A stretch of DNA of 64,000 bases from Escherichia phage C6. The stretch lies in the sequence record MW679410.1, one strand, 5' to 3'. The position numbers and the translations under genes were made by a program. The notes under the pieces are model-generated. The model made no database searches, was not told the origin of the DNA, and saw only the letters and a list, made by a program, of their open reading frames with translations. Numbering within the stretch: position 1 is the stretch's first letter; every line of letters starts with the position of its first letter. Shown piece after piece: positions 9,266-18,236 of this stretch.

Positions 9266-9489
9266 TCTTTCACCTTCATCATTTTGGAAATAACACCATG
9301 AACAGACTGGATTCGTTTTTCGAACTCGGACCCTTCAAGACCTTTTTCAGTACTCAGGGCGCCGATAATAACAAACAGTAATCCAAACGGGATGACCAGG
9401 ATTAAAAGGCATACGATAAACAGGGCAAATGTAATATTGGCCAGGATATCAGAAACAGCATTACGAAATTTGTTCATTAAAGAACCCAC
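9262..9489 (-). CDS. Small membrane protein
   Basis: 75 aa with one long hydrophobic helix. Confidence 0.5.
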   Translation of the reverse strand: MGSLMNKFRNAVSDILANITFALFIVCLLILVIPFGLLFVIIGALSTEKGLEGSEFEKRIQSVHGVISKMMKVKE

Positions 9490-9598
9490 ATGTTAGTTAC
9501 AACAAATAACCATTGAGCAGGATACTCAACACCCATAATACGAACCGCATCGTTAAGAGATTCGGCTAAAGCATAAAATGTGTAGCCATAAAAATTAA

Positions 9599-10072
9599 TC
9601 ATTTAAGCGATTTCCTCAGTTGTTTTTTGAATGAATCCACCATTTGTTTCTTAGTGGCAGATTCATTATAAGTCATTCCGTGTGAAAGCATTTCAGCAAT
9701 CATTTCTTCCTTACCTAACCTGCTGAACTCTTTGGTTTTATCAGGAACGAAATTAGGATGAATATTGTTTTCAGTATAATCAGCTTTCAGATAGACCAGC
9801 AAATTCTCTAACCATTCGAGGTAGTCAACGTTTTGACCTTTAAGACCAGAACGGTTGAACTTATGCTTCATTTGTCCTTCTGCTGCATTGCACAGGTTAC
9901 ATAGTAAACCACGAACCTTACCGGCTTTTGGCCCGTTTAACTCGTGGTCGTGGTCAAGGTGGTTACTTTGAACATCAGGGTTTAATTCACGTTTACAAAT
10001 CAAACACTTACCACATTGTGCATCATAAAGTTTTTGTTTTTCTTCTTTGTATAATTTGCCGGTCAACAACAT
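9599..10072 (-). CDS. 49: Endonuclease VII (Holliday junction resolvase) gp49
   Basis: 157 aa, same length as T4 gp49; near-identical to recalled T4 sequence (MLLTGKLYKEEKQK..NHLDHDHELNGPKAGKVRGLLCNLCNAAEGQMKHKFNRSGLKGQ). Confidence 0.95.
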   Translation of the reverse strand: MLLTGKLYKEEKQKLYDAQCGKCLICKRELNPDVQSNHLDHDHELNGPKAGKVRGLLCNLCNAAEGQMKHKFNRSGLKGQNVDYLEWLENLLVYLKADYTENNIHPNFVPDKTKEFSRLGKEEMIAEMLSHGMTYNESATKKQMVDSFKKQLRKSLK

Positions 10073-10079
10073 AATAAAC

Positions 10080-10112
10080 CCTTACCATTATTAGATAAGG
10101 GTATTTATTAAT
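10080..10112 (-). promoter_or_regulatory. Hairpin over the gene 49 translation initiation region with adjacent late-promoter-like AATAAATA
   Basis: Minus strand TAATAAATA-CCCTTA-loop-TAAGGG-TTTATT-ATG; matches known T4 gene 49 arrangement. Confidence 0.35.
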
Positions 10113-10667
10113 ATCCTAATAGTTTAGCAGTGCAACTTAGCACTAACAACAATCCGAATAAAACAACTCCGACCCAAAATACCGTAATAAGGGCATCCAT
10201 ATCAGACCCCATAGAACGAACGATGCAAACGTTTAAATTGACGAATCATCTTTTTAGTAGGACGGGTATATAATCCTATACAGGTGGCCATAAACTGGTC
10301 GGTAGGGCTTCCTTTGATAAGAAGTTTCCAGACCTTATCACCATTCAACTTTTCGGTATAGACTAATTTGGTTTTCATCAGAACGCCTTATCAGCAAAGC
10401 GAAGTTGAGCTTCAAGCCAATGGATATAGTCGGCTGCAGCTTTAATCAAATCGGATTCTAGGTCAGGTAAAGAACCCGAATCCGACAACTCGTAAAGCGA
10501 ATGTTCAATCAGACGGCCTTTGTGAAGGCCAATTTCAATTTTGGTACTCATATCCAAACTCCATATCGATTAAATCATTGTTTGAAGGTTCATTATACTC
10601 TATTTCGGAATCGTTGTAAACCGGTTCCTCTGGCTCGGTAGTTTCCCACCGAGCGACATACCATGGC

Positions 10668-10976
10668 TTAACGGTCACACCACCAACTCGATACTTCAAA
10701 ATCAGGTTCACCGTCTTCCCAATACCAAGGGCCAATTGGGTGCCAATCGCCATGTTCATCTTCTTCAAATTCTTCAGATTCAAGCCCAACGTATTGCCAT
10801 TGGACTTCATAAGCAGTGCCACCAATTACAACGGTGTTCTCACCATACGGGTGAGCTACAACAAAGTCAATACCTTCTGCTTTAGCCAACCAAACCATAT
10901 ATTCGTATAGCTTATATTCCAGGTCATCTTCGGTGCCATCACCTAGAAAAATGGTTTGTTCGTTTAATTCAATCAT
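10668..10976 (-). CDS. Hypothetical acidic protein
   Basis: 102 aa; Glu/Asp/Trp-rich. Confidence 0.45.
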   Translation of the reverse strand: MIELNEQTIFLGDGTEDDLEYKLYEYMVWLAKAEGIDFVVAHPYGENTVVIGGTAYEVQWQYVGLESEEFEEDEHGDWHPIGPWYWEDGEPDFEVSSWWCDR

Positions 10977-11218
10977 AATTCCACCATAAATTCAAATAGC
11001 TGGTCACGTACACAAGTATCAGTCCAACCCCATTCGGTGGCTTCTTCTTTTAACCAATCCGGGAGATTTGCCAATACGGTTTCTTTACTAGGCGCAGGAG
11101 TATCAAACTCTCTTGCGCAGGTTCCATAAGCTATATCAAATTCAGTCATTTGAAGTTCCAGAATGAAGCACCAACCAGAAATAAAGGCCAACAAATCATA
11201 GACGTCAGCCACCAACAA
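10973..11218 (-). CDS. Hypothetical protein
   Basis: 81 aa; coupled to downstream ORF. Confidence 0.45.
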   Translation of the reverse strand: MLVADVYDLLAFISGWCFILELQMTEFDIAYGTCAREFDTPAPSKETVLANLPDWLKEEATEWGWTDTCVRDQLFEFMVEL

Positions 11219-11309
11219 AAGTCACCTGCACCGAAATCATCTAATTTAGCTAGGGTCTTAGCATAACCAATACCGATGATAAGATACAAAATACCCAACA
11301 ATAATTCAA

Positions 11310-11573
11310 TCATTTGAAATACGCTCGCAGTTGGTCAAAGCCACCAATAGAAGTTCCGTCTGGAGCAAATACCTGAGGCATAGTCAAACCCACCTGAGAT
11401 TCGCGACCAAGAGCAGCCAAGAGTTCAGCAATCTTCTCGTCATCAAATACACCTTTTTCCGGCATTACGTTAATGAATTCGTAAGGTTGTTTCTTAACAT
11501 CAAGCAGACGTTTGGCATTATCACAGAAAACACAACGGTGAATATTTGAATCGTAACCATAAACTTTAAACAT
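11310..11573 (-). CDS. nrdC: Thioredoxin (glutaredoxin) NrdC
   Basis: 87 aa; near-identical to recalled T4 thioredoxin (MFKVYGYDSNIH.CV.CDNAKRLL.VKKQP.EFIN.MPEKGVFDDEKIAELL). Confidence 0.95.
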   Translation of the reverse strand: MFKVYGYDSNIHRCVFCDNAKRLLDVKKQPYEFINVMPEKGVFDDEKIAELLAALGRESQVGLTMPQVFAPDGTSIGGFDQLRAYFK

Positions 11574-11574
11574 T

Positions 11575-11811
11575 TTAAATTCCTAATATTTGTTTGAATG
11601 CTTCAGAACGGTCAAGTTCTGTTCCATATTTTTCCATGTGCTCATATTTTAAATCATACACATCAGATAGTATATTATTATACGAGCGAGTTAAAGCAGA
11701 TTTTAAAACTGAATAACTATCCGGGAATTTACCATGCTCTTTATAATAAGCTAGAGTAAGTTCGCGGACTGCCTTATCGGCAGCCTCTACATATTCTTTA
11801 CGCTTTGCCAT
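11575..11811 (-). CDS. Hypothetical protein (start trimmed to MAKRKEY)
   Basis: Track ORF has hydrophobic N-terminal extension overlapping upstream gene. Confidence 0.4.
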   Translation of the reverse strand: MAKRKEYVEAADKAVRELTLAYYKEHGKFPDSYSVLKSALTRSYNNILSDVYDLKYEHMEKYGTELDRSEAFKQILGI

Positions 11812-12139
11812 TTTCGTCTCGCTCAAATTTATGTTTACAATGGCGACATTTGTAACGAAGATTACTAGTCTGCCAATGGACCAATTGAACCTGTTCTGTG
11901 CCGCACTTAGGACAGTTAGGAACATTCTTAGAAGCTTGTTCTCGTCGTGCGACCATAGCCATTACAGCGTCCCAATTAACGACATCACCATAATCATCAC
12001 AGCCATGAATTTTACCAACCAATTCAGCTTCAACATCCGCGGCTTTAATAAATTTTAAAAGACCTTTATTAAGTCCCGCTGCGGGGGCCCATTCTGGAAA
12101 TGCAGTTTCTGCAATATCTTCAGCTAAACGTTGTTTCAT
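11798..12139 (-). CDS. Zinc-ribbon protein
   Basis: 113 aa; CPKCG...CRHC cysteine pairs. Confidence 0.5.
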   Translation of the reverse strand: MKQRLAEDIAETAFPEWAPAAGLNKGLLKFIKAADVEAELVGKIHGCDDYGDVVNWDAVMAMVARREQASKNVPNCPKCGTEQVQLVHWQTSNLRYKCRHCKHKFERDENGKA

Positions 12140-13146
12140 TTCAGCAGCTCCAGAGCCTGTTCAAGACGGTCTAAACGATTGGTAGACTCTTCCCAAAGTT
12201 TCTTGGCAGCGGTATATTGCCCGGTCAGTTTTTTGTTGATAGCCAGGGCATCTTTATACGCTTTTTCTAAGGCAACGATTTCCGGTAACTTGGATTTAGT
12301 AATTGGTGTAGGGGCCATGATAGGGCTGTTCAAGTCGTTAATCAAGTCTTCTAATGTAGCAGGCTCTTTATCAGTATTCACAATTTCCTCACATTTTTCT
12401 TGGTAAATTTCAGCGTCAGTTTTTGGAACAGGGCATTTGATTTCGCGAACTGTTACTAAAGCTTCATATCCTTTCCAGCCTAAGTGGTGTTTGATTTCTT
12501 GAATCTCATATTTCTCTACTGTATCCATCAAAGCTAAAGCCTGTTCTACCATATTCAGGGTATTGTAGGAAATATCTTGGTATTTCGAAACTTCAACTTC
12601 ATCTTTAGGTTTCCAACTAGGCGACCAAATAATAGAAATAAGTACCTTCCCTTTATAGTTGTTTGTTTTAATCATGCCATTAGCCATAGGGTGGATAGTA
12701 CGGCAATCACCCTTTACAAAGGTTTTGGTTGCTGCTTTTAGAATTAATGCAGAGTTAGCCTTAAATTCGCCAGCCCAACGTTGTGGAAATAGGCCCTTAG
12801 GGTCGGTACCTTTAATTTTGACATACCCTTTTAAAACATCACCAAACCATTGGTAGCTAACAACGTGGCTAGAACCTGGATATTTCTCTTTGCCAAACTC
12901 TGAAAGGATGTCCTTATTGACCAGACGCGAAAGCAGTCGAGAACTTTTAAATGTATCTACGATATCAGTAATAAACAAACGACCCGCAATCTTTTCGATT
13001 TCATCTTTGAAACAACCAGATAGTGCTCCATCAATTTGGTCTACCCATTTATTGATATTAGAAACTATTACCACATATGGGGTTAATGGAGGGGTGTTGG
13101 CAGTGATATACGTAGTAAAGGCATTAATGTATTCAGTACGAGTCAT
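12136..13146 (-). CDS. Hypothetical protein with C-terminal coiled coil
   Basis: 336 aa; SD GAGGAGAA; early promoter directly upstream. Confidence 0.6.
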   Translation of the reverse strand: MTRTEYINAFTTYITANTPPLTPYVVIVSNINKWVDQIDGALSGCFKDEIEKIAGRLFITDIVDTFKSSRLLSRLVNKDILSEFGKEKYPGSSHVVSYQWFGDVLKGYVKIKGTDPKGLFPQRWAGEFKANSALILKAATKTFVKGDCRTIHPMANGMIKTNNYKGKVLISIIWSPSWKPKDEVEVSKYQDISYNTLNMVEQALALMDTVEKYEIQEIKHHLGWKGYEALVTVREIKCPVPKTDAEIYQEKCEEIVNTDKEPATLEDLINDLNSPIMAPTPITKSKLPEIVALEKAYKDALAINKKLTGQYTAAKKLWEESTNRLDRLEQALELLK

Positions 13147-13172
13147 GATATTCTCCTCAAGTTGATAGAAAG

Positions 13173-13202
13173 ATTATACTCCATCCATCCTTGGATGTAA
13201 AC
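13173..13202 (-). promoter_or_regulatory. T4 early-type promoter
   Basis: Minus strand GTTTAC, 18-nt spacer, TATAAT. Confidence 0.55.
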
Positions 13203-13203
13203 A

Positions 13204-14109
13204 TTATTTTAGAGCTAATACTGCCGCGCGGAGCTTGTCACGCTGGAGTTCCATGTTCTTGATGCGAATCAATACGTCTTGGATACTCTTTTTCTCATCT
13301 TCGATCTGACCGTTTAAACGGTGGATTGATTCCTGGATGTAGTCCTCATGATACTTCTCGATAGGTTTCATCGTAGGGTTAGTAACCACCATAGAATTAT
13401 CAGGTGCAATTTTCCAATGATATGGTTTGGAATTGAATGGACTCGGCACAGCCGTGGTTTTGAATTTGTCATAGGCTGCATACTGGCCTACACTGTCACA
13501 TGATACTGTAGAAGTAGAGATAGAGATACGTCGTTCCATTTGTGGTTCCTTTTGTTGGGATTGATAAGGGGCATAAGACAAAAGGTATTCGCGAGTTAGT
13601 TTAATATTAAAATAAACTGCATCAGCCCGACCAGAACAATCAGCGTATTCATCGGTTGTAACTTTATATGATTCCACAGCCTTAATACGAGTCATTGCTT
13701 CTCTGAATAAGGTTTCAAATGCTTCACGAAGGGCTTTATTACCTTTTGAGGTAGGACGGAAACGAACTTGAATACCGTCTGCCAAAATATTAATGACCAG
13801 GTTACGAGCCGTAAAATTAATATTCTTGATATTAACAGGAACCGTAGAAATGCGCCCTGCTGTAGCCAAGAGGTCTTTGATATTAGCTCGCAATGTTGCA
13901 CCGAACAGGTGGGCCGGGCAACGGCAATAATCGTTCAAAGAAGAGATATAAGTTCCTTTACGGCCTACGCCATAAGTATAATTACCATTACAAATATGGC
14001 CAAAGTCAGCTAGGCGGTCAATAGCGATACGACGTGTGGTATCAAAATCATATCGGGAATATTCTTTACGTGTTTTAATGTTCATATTAAAGTCCAAATA
14101 ATTTTTCAT
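13204..14109 (-). CDS. Hypothetical protein
   Basis: 301 aa ATG ORF. Confidence 0.6.
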   Translation of the reverse strand: MKNYLDFNMNIKTRKEYSRYDFDTTRRIAIDRLADFGHICNGNYTYGVGRKGTYISSLNDYCRCPAHLFGATLRANIKDLLATAGRISTVPVNIKNINFTARNLVINILADGIQVRFRPTSKGNKALREAFETLFREAMTRIKAVESYKVTTDEYADCSGRADAVYFNIKLTREYLLSYAPYQSQQKEPQMERRISISTSTVSCDSVGQYAAYDKFKTTAVPSPFNSKPYHWKIAPDNSMVVTNPTMKPIEKYHEDYIQESIHRLNGQIEDEKKSIQDVLIRIKNMELQRDKLRAAVLALK

Positions 14110-14290
14110 AGAATTTAGCGATTGGCCAGGTTATAATAAAAACTATCCCAAACATAACAAGAACTGGCCAGATAAAGGTGGCAAACACTGCTTCACCACC
14201 TGAGTTAATTTCCATATGATTACGACCAATAAGGACAGTAATGAATCCTATCACAAGGTATCCAAAAATAAAACTGATAATTATAGCCAT
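14087..14290 (-). CDS. Small membrane protein
   Basis: 67 aa with two hydrophobic helices. Confidence 0.5.
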   Translation of the reverse strand: MAIIISFIFGYLVIGFITVLIGRNHMEINSGGEAVFATFIWPVLVMFGIVFIITWPIAKFYEKLFGL

Positions 14291-14291
14291 A

Positions 14292-15137
14292 TTAATCCTT
14301 AAGAAGATTTAGGATATCGATATATTTTTGACGTTCAGCCTTAGCTTTAGCATTCAGACCAGAGAGTCGGAAAATCTCATCATCTTGTTGTTGGATTGTA
14401 ACATTCAAGCAAGTAAGCAAATTGCTAAAATACTCGATTTGAGATTGATGCTTCTCATTGCTGCGCACTGGCACAGGTTCCATTTTAGGAGCTTGTTCTG
14501 AATGACTTTTAACTTCATTACCTGGCTTAACAAGTTTAATACGCCAGCCTGTACTGGTATTAACATTATCGAAGGTAAGAATACCGCTACGTTCGAGTTC
14601 GGACAAAGCCAATCGAAGATGGAATTTCCAGTTGTCATATTGACAACCACTAAAAGTTGAAGTAAGATACTCGTTTTCGTTACCCGGTTGGTTGACAATA
14701 TTAAAGATAATCCAATCGCCTGAACCATTAGTCTTAAATGGCATTTGCTTATCTTTACCTAAAGCCAGACGAGCACCCAGTGCTAGTAAACGACGTTGGT
14801 TAGTACGAAGGTCTTTAACAACTTCATCAAATGACATCGCCGGGATTAAACGACCATAGAGGTCGTAGCCTTTGTTATAATTTCTAAGAATAATTCTGGC
14901 GTTAGCACGAGTCAACATACCGGCCCTGTGAAGAGATTTCATGACTCGGTCTTCTAACGTAAACAAACCTTTAGTCTTGTCAAAGATTTTAGTGAATTCA
15001 TCTACAGAAATACAAACTTCAAACTTTTCCCACATCATGGCCAAAACCTTTTCAACCACTTCTTTATTCAGTGGAATACGACCAAATTTAATAACCTTTT
15101 TAACTTCAGAACGAATTTGATTAATTGCCTGTGACAT
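14292..15137 (-). CDS. Hypothetical protein
   Basis: 281 aa; its 5' region GAGGAAATTATTATGTCACA is identical to that of ORF 7143..7472. Confidence 0.6.
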   Translation of the reverse strand: MSQAINQIRSEVKKVIKFGRIPLNKEVVEKVLAMMWEKFEVCISVDEFTKIFDKTKGLFTLEDRVMKSLHRAGMLTRANARIILRNYNKGYDLYGRLIPAMSFDEVVKDLRTNQRRLLALGARLALGKDKQMPFKTNGSGDWIIFNIVNQPGNENEYLTSTFSGCQYDNWKFHLRLALSELERSGILTFDNVNTSTGWRIKLVKPGNEVKSHSEQAPKMEPVPVRSNEKHQSQIEYFSNLLTCLNVTIQQQDDEIFRLSGLNAKAKAERQKYIDILNLLKD

Positions 15138-15200
15138 AATAATTTCCTCAGTAAGTAATTAAGAACCTAGAACCATTATACCATCCTTGGTATAAAGCGT

Positions 15201-15725
15201 TTATGCGAGAACCGTCTTTAAACGCTCTTCAAATTTCTGAAGCAGAGCTTGGCGTTCAGCTCGTTGTGATTTGTACTGCTCGATACGACCTGAAGTGAGG
15301 GCGTACTGTTCATTTACTGATTCCCGCATGAATTCAGGAATCTCTTTACAAGCTTTGATTTCGTCAAACTTATCAATAACCGCTTGTTCCTCGGCAATCA
15401 GATTATCGAAATAAGCGATATCAGATTTAACGTTTGCCAGGTCGGATTCGGTAGGCATTAAACGTTTGTTACGTTCAGCTTGATAAGCTTGATTGTTTTC
15501 ACGACTCCAGTAAAGAATACGTTTTTTGTTGGTGTTTTTATAGAGCTCTACAATACCAACTGAATCGATGATAGCAATCCAGTTCCAACGGCTTTTGTAA
15601 ATCTCTCCTCCGGCAACGGTAATCTCATTACCACAAGCAACGTCGTTAAAGAACTTGCTTTGTTTTTCAGATTTGAAATTACCATTATTAAAATTAATCA
15701 GTGAAAAAATATCTTTAGCGTTCAT
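15201..15725 (-). CDS. Hypothetical protein
   Basis: 174 aa; SD GGAGG; early promoter upstream. Confidence 0.6.
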   Translation of the reverse strand: MNAKDIFSLINFNNGNFKSEKQSKFFNDVACGNEITVAGGEIYKSRWNWIAIIDSVGIVELYKNTNKKRILYWSRENNQAYQAERNKRLMPTESDLANVKSDIAYFDNLIAEEQAVIDKFDEIKACKEIPEFMRESVNEQYALTSGRIEQYKSQRAERQALLQKFEERLKTVLA

Positions 15726-15751
15726 GATAACCTCCAGTAGTTGATAGGTCT

Positions 15752-15780
15752 ATAGTATCATTTCTGCCGGAGATGTAAAC
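15752..15780 (-). promoter_or_regulatory. T4 early-type promoter
   Basis: Minus strand GTTTAC, 17-nt spacer, TGATACTAT extended -10. Confidence 0.6.
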
Positions 15781-15782
15781 AA

Positions 15783-16124
15783 CTAATAGAAACTTTTTTC
15801 ACCGGCTTGTCCACTAAACCAAGCGGACTGGGTGTTCTCTTTCCGTCGGTGTTCAATACGAATGCGATATTCATTCCTGATGGCGCAGAGTTCACCTCGG
15901 AAGTCGCCTGCCAACTGTACCTGCTTGCGGTCTAGATTTATTAAGGCTTGGGTCTTCGCTGCCAAGAGCAGTCTCCTGTAGTCTCCTTCTTCACAATCAG
16001 TTTTATAAACTTTATTAGTATATCCGTCGATAAGTTCTTTATCATAGTCCTCGACAGATTGTTTCATAGCTTTGGAAAAAGTCTGACCTGCATTAAAAAG
16101 ATTGTAAATAAATTGTTCGAACAT
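15783..16124 (-). CDS. Hypothetical protein
   Basis: 113 aa ATG ORF. Confidence 0.5.
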   Translation of the reverse strand: MFEQFIYNLFNAGQTFSKAMKQSVEDYDKELIDGYTNKVYKTDCEEGDYRRLLLAAKTQALINLDRKQVQLAGDFRGELCAIRNEYRIRIEHRRKENTQSAWFSGQAGEKSFY

Positions 16125-16134
16125 AATTTCACCT

Positions 16135-17115
16135 TTATTTCAGAAGGGTAACTTCAGCGATTTCGTTCCAGTCATTTTTATCGGTGGCAATGAAGTCCGC
16201 CAGATAAAGAGCTGTACGTAATGATACGTTACGAAGACGAGATACATTAGCCTTCATCCATGCTAAAGCTTGATAAGTCTCAGCATCAGTCAGACCTCGA
16301 TTTTGCATCATATCAGTGGACAGGATAACGTCTTCAACACGAACCATAATCTCTTCGTTAGAGTGAACTCCGAGGTCTAAGTAAACTGAACGAGATACTA
16401 AAGCCTGGAGGTGTGGAGCAAGTTTAGTTCCACGCTCTAATTCACGGTCGATATCAACGTTGGTGATGAACACGATGGTGCCTTCGTATTCGAATTCTTT
16501 ATCGATGTTTTTGTCATCGAGATAAGAACTTGAAGTGCTCCAGCACACCTTACGTTTTTCACCGGTATCCAATGCTGCTTTTAACAGGTTCAGGATATCC
16601 ATATCAGAGAATACATCAACATCATCGATAAGAAGAACACTATTAGGGCCGCGGTTATTCCAAAGCTGCTCGTAAAGACCGATTCCACTAATCTTTCCGT
16701 TGATTGATTTATATTCGATAGTTTCATTTTCGTGGGCATTCTGTAATGCTTTATCCAAAGAATACGTTTTACCAATACCTGCGGCACCAGAGATGATAAG
16801 GGAACGAATTTTACCATCGATGATTCCGTTAGTCATCATGTTCATTACTTTAAAACGTTTGTTGATGCGATGTTTCATTTCTTCAGAGGATTCAGTAACA
16901 ACTGCAGGAGCTTCAGCACCTTCCATTTCAACGTCACATTTGAACACCCATACACCACGTTCAACACCATCAATCTGTACGAATACCTTGCCATCACCGA
17001 GGTGAGCTTCGGATTCATGAATTTTATTAGGGAACCAGGTTTTACCTGAACTCATGAACGTACCAGAGATTTCATTACCGCGATAGATACCTTTGTTGAT
17101 TTTGATAGTTAACAT
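16135..17115 (-). CDS. P-loop NTPase (AAA-like ATPase)
   Basis: Start trimmed to MLTIK (SD GGAGAA); Walker A GAAGIGKT and Walker B-like LLIDDVD. Confidence 0.6.
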   Translation of the reverse strand: MLTIKINKGIYRGNEISGTFMSSGKTWFPNKIHESEAHLGDGKVFVQIDGVERGVWVFKCDVEMEGAEAPAVVTESSEEMKHRINKRFKVMNMMTNGIIDGKIRSLIISGAAGIGKTYSLDKALQNAHENETIEYKSINGKISGIGLYEQLWNNRGPNSVLLIDDVDVFSDMDILNLLKAALDTGEKRKVCWSTSSSYLDDKNIDKEFEYEGTIVFITNVDIDRELERGTKLAPHLQALVSRSVYLDLGVHSNEEIMVRVEDVILSTDMMQNRGLTDAETYQALAWMKANVSRLRNVSLRTALYLADFIATDKNDWNEIAEVTLLK

Positions 17116-17152
17116 TATATTCTCCATTTCACTCAGTAGATTTGATAGGTCC

Positions 17153-17181
17153 ATAATAACATGCTCTACGAGGTTGTAAAC
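17153..17181 (-). promoter_or_regulatory. T4 early-type promoter
   Basis: Minus strand GTTTAC, 17-nt spacer, TATTAT. Confidence 0.55.
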
Positions 17182-17187
17182 TACTTT

Positions 17188-17195
17188 TATAAATA
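17188..17195 (+). promoter_or_regulatory. T4 late promoter TATAAATA
   Basis: Exact TATAAATA about 23 nt upstream of the ATG at 17218. Confidence 0.65.
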
Positions 17196-17217
17196 TTTTA
17201 TTTAAAGGAGAAGGTTT

Positions 17218-17973
17218 ATGATTATATCAGCAAAAACCATCGATGAATTGAACGAGAAGGTCCAGTTAGCATTAGACGATAACTGGCATCTTTTTGGTTC
17301 AACGGTAGTCCTTCCTAATACTGTAACTGATAACAGCGAACGATTCTTTCAAACGATGTCAAAATCAGTTACCCAGATTCCAGGACCTCCTGGACAAAAA
17401 GGTGATAAAGGTGACCCCGGAAATCCTGGCGACCCGGGAGTTCAAGGTGAACCAGGAAAGTCTTCATACCAATTATGGATTGATGAAGGTAATAGTGGAA
17501 CAGTAGATGATTTTTTGACTGCAATAGCAGGAAAGAGAAGAAAATCAGAAGTGTTTTGGAGTGGTATAAACGTTCTATTAACTAATGGTGCGACTTCAAA
17601 CATAATTAGTATTTTAAAGGGGATTCCGCCGACAGCAGGGACTCTATCTCCGTTTTTTAGAACTGCTGATGATAAGATGTGGCCATATAACCAAGACAGA
17701 AGCCTAATGTTTAAACTCAACCTTATTGGTAATTTTACAGGAGTCTCGCAAGCTCGAAGTATAACATTAAATTTCGTTGGAACCAACGGAAACACCTATA
17801 CACAGAACCGTCCAGAAAATGCTACAGATATTTTGTCTTTTACGACGTTCTTTAGCATTGATAAAGATGGGGCAATGGCAACCAATGGTACAGCTATAAC
17901 TGTTACGCCAAATGGCGGCAACTTTACAATAACCTCTGCATTGTTAGTAGCTGAACAAACAGTGACTTCATAA
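17218..17973 (+). CDS. Collagen-like repeat protein, fibre-like, late-expressed
   Basis: 251 aa; strong SD AAAGGAGAA; nine G-X-Y triplets (GPPGQKGDKGDPGNPGDPGVQGEPGKS) followed by SSYQLWIDEGNSGTVDDFL; opposite strand to all neighbours. Confidence 0.7.
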   Translation: MIISAKTIDELNEKVQLALDDNWHLFGSTVVLPNTVTDNSERFFQTMSKSVTQIPGPPGQKGDKGDPGNPGDPGVQGEPGKSSYQLWIDEGNSGTVDDFLTAIAGKRRKSEVFWSGINVLLTNGATSNIISILKGIPPTAGTLSPFFRTADDKMWPYNQDRSLMFKLNLIGNFTGVSQARSITLNFVGTNGNTYTQNRPENATDILSFTTFFSIDKDGAMATNGTAITVTPNGGNFTITSALLVAEQTVTS

Positions 17974-17975
17974 AC

Positions 17976-18000
17976 AAAAAAAGGGCCATATGGCCCTTAG
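17976..18000. terminator. Palindromic hairpin terminator (strong on minus strand)
   Basis: GGGCCATATGGCCC perfect palindrome; minus strand followed by TTTTTTT, plus strand preceded by AAAAAAA. Confidence 0.6.
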
Positions 18001-18236
18001 ATTGCACTCCAAAAATTATGGAATCTTATAGTATTGATAGCCCAGTTAACAAACCTGCGAGTTTGTTTGGGAGTTGGTTTACATACATATTTGACATTGA
18101 CTCGGCGTCCGGTTTCTTTACAGACGGCTTCAAGATACCAACGTCGAGTTTTATGAGGTCTTCCATACGATAGAAAGACGTTAATTTCTTCTTTAGCGGT
18201 AATAAGCGTTGTGGTTGTCAAGGTACACCTCTTCAA
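17997..18236 (-). CDS. Hypothetical basic protein (doubtful)
   Basis: 79 aa; overlaps 3' end of upstream ORF by 44 nt; only one Met. Confidence 0.3.
   Translation of the reverse strand: MKRCTLTTTTLITAKEEINVFLSYGRPHKTRRWYLEAVCKETGRRVNVKYVCKPTPKQTRRFVNWAINTIRFHNFWSAI

Noticed and set aside
10535-10825. ORF 10535..10825 as a full-length gene
   Set aside because: Overlaps ORF 10668..10976 by about 160 nt in another frame on the same strand; at most its 3' portion could be coding. Two shorter ORFs (about 57-58 aa) seen by eye at about 10203-10551 were also not listed, being below the track cut-off and unverified.
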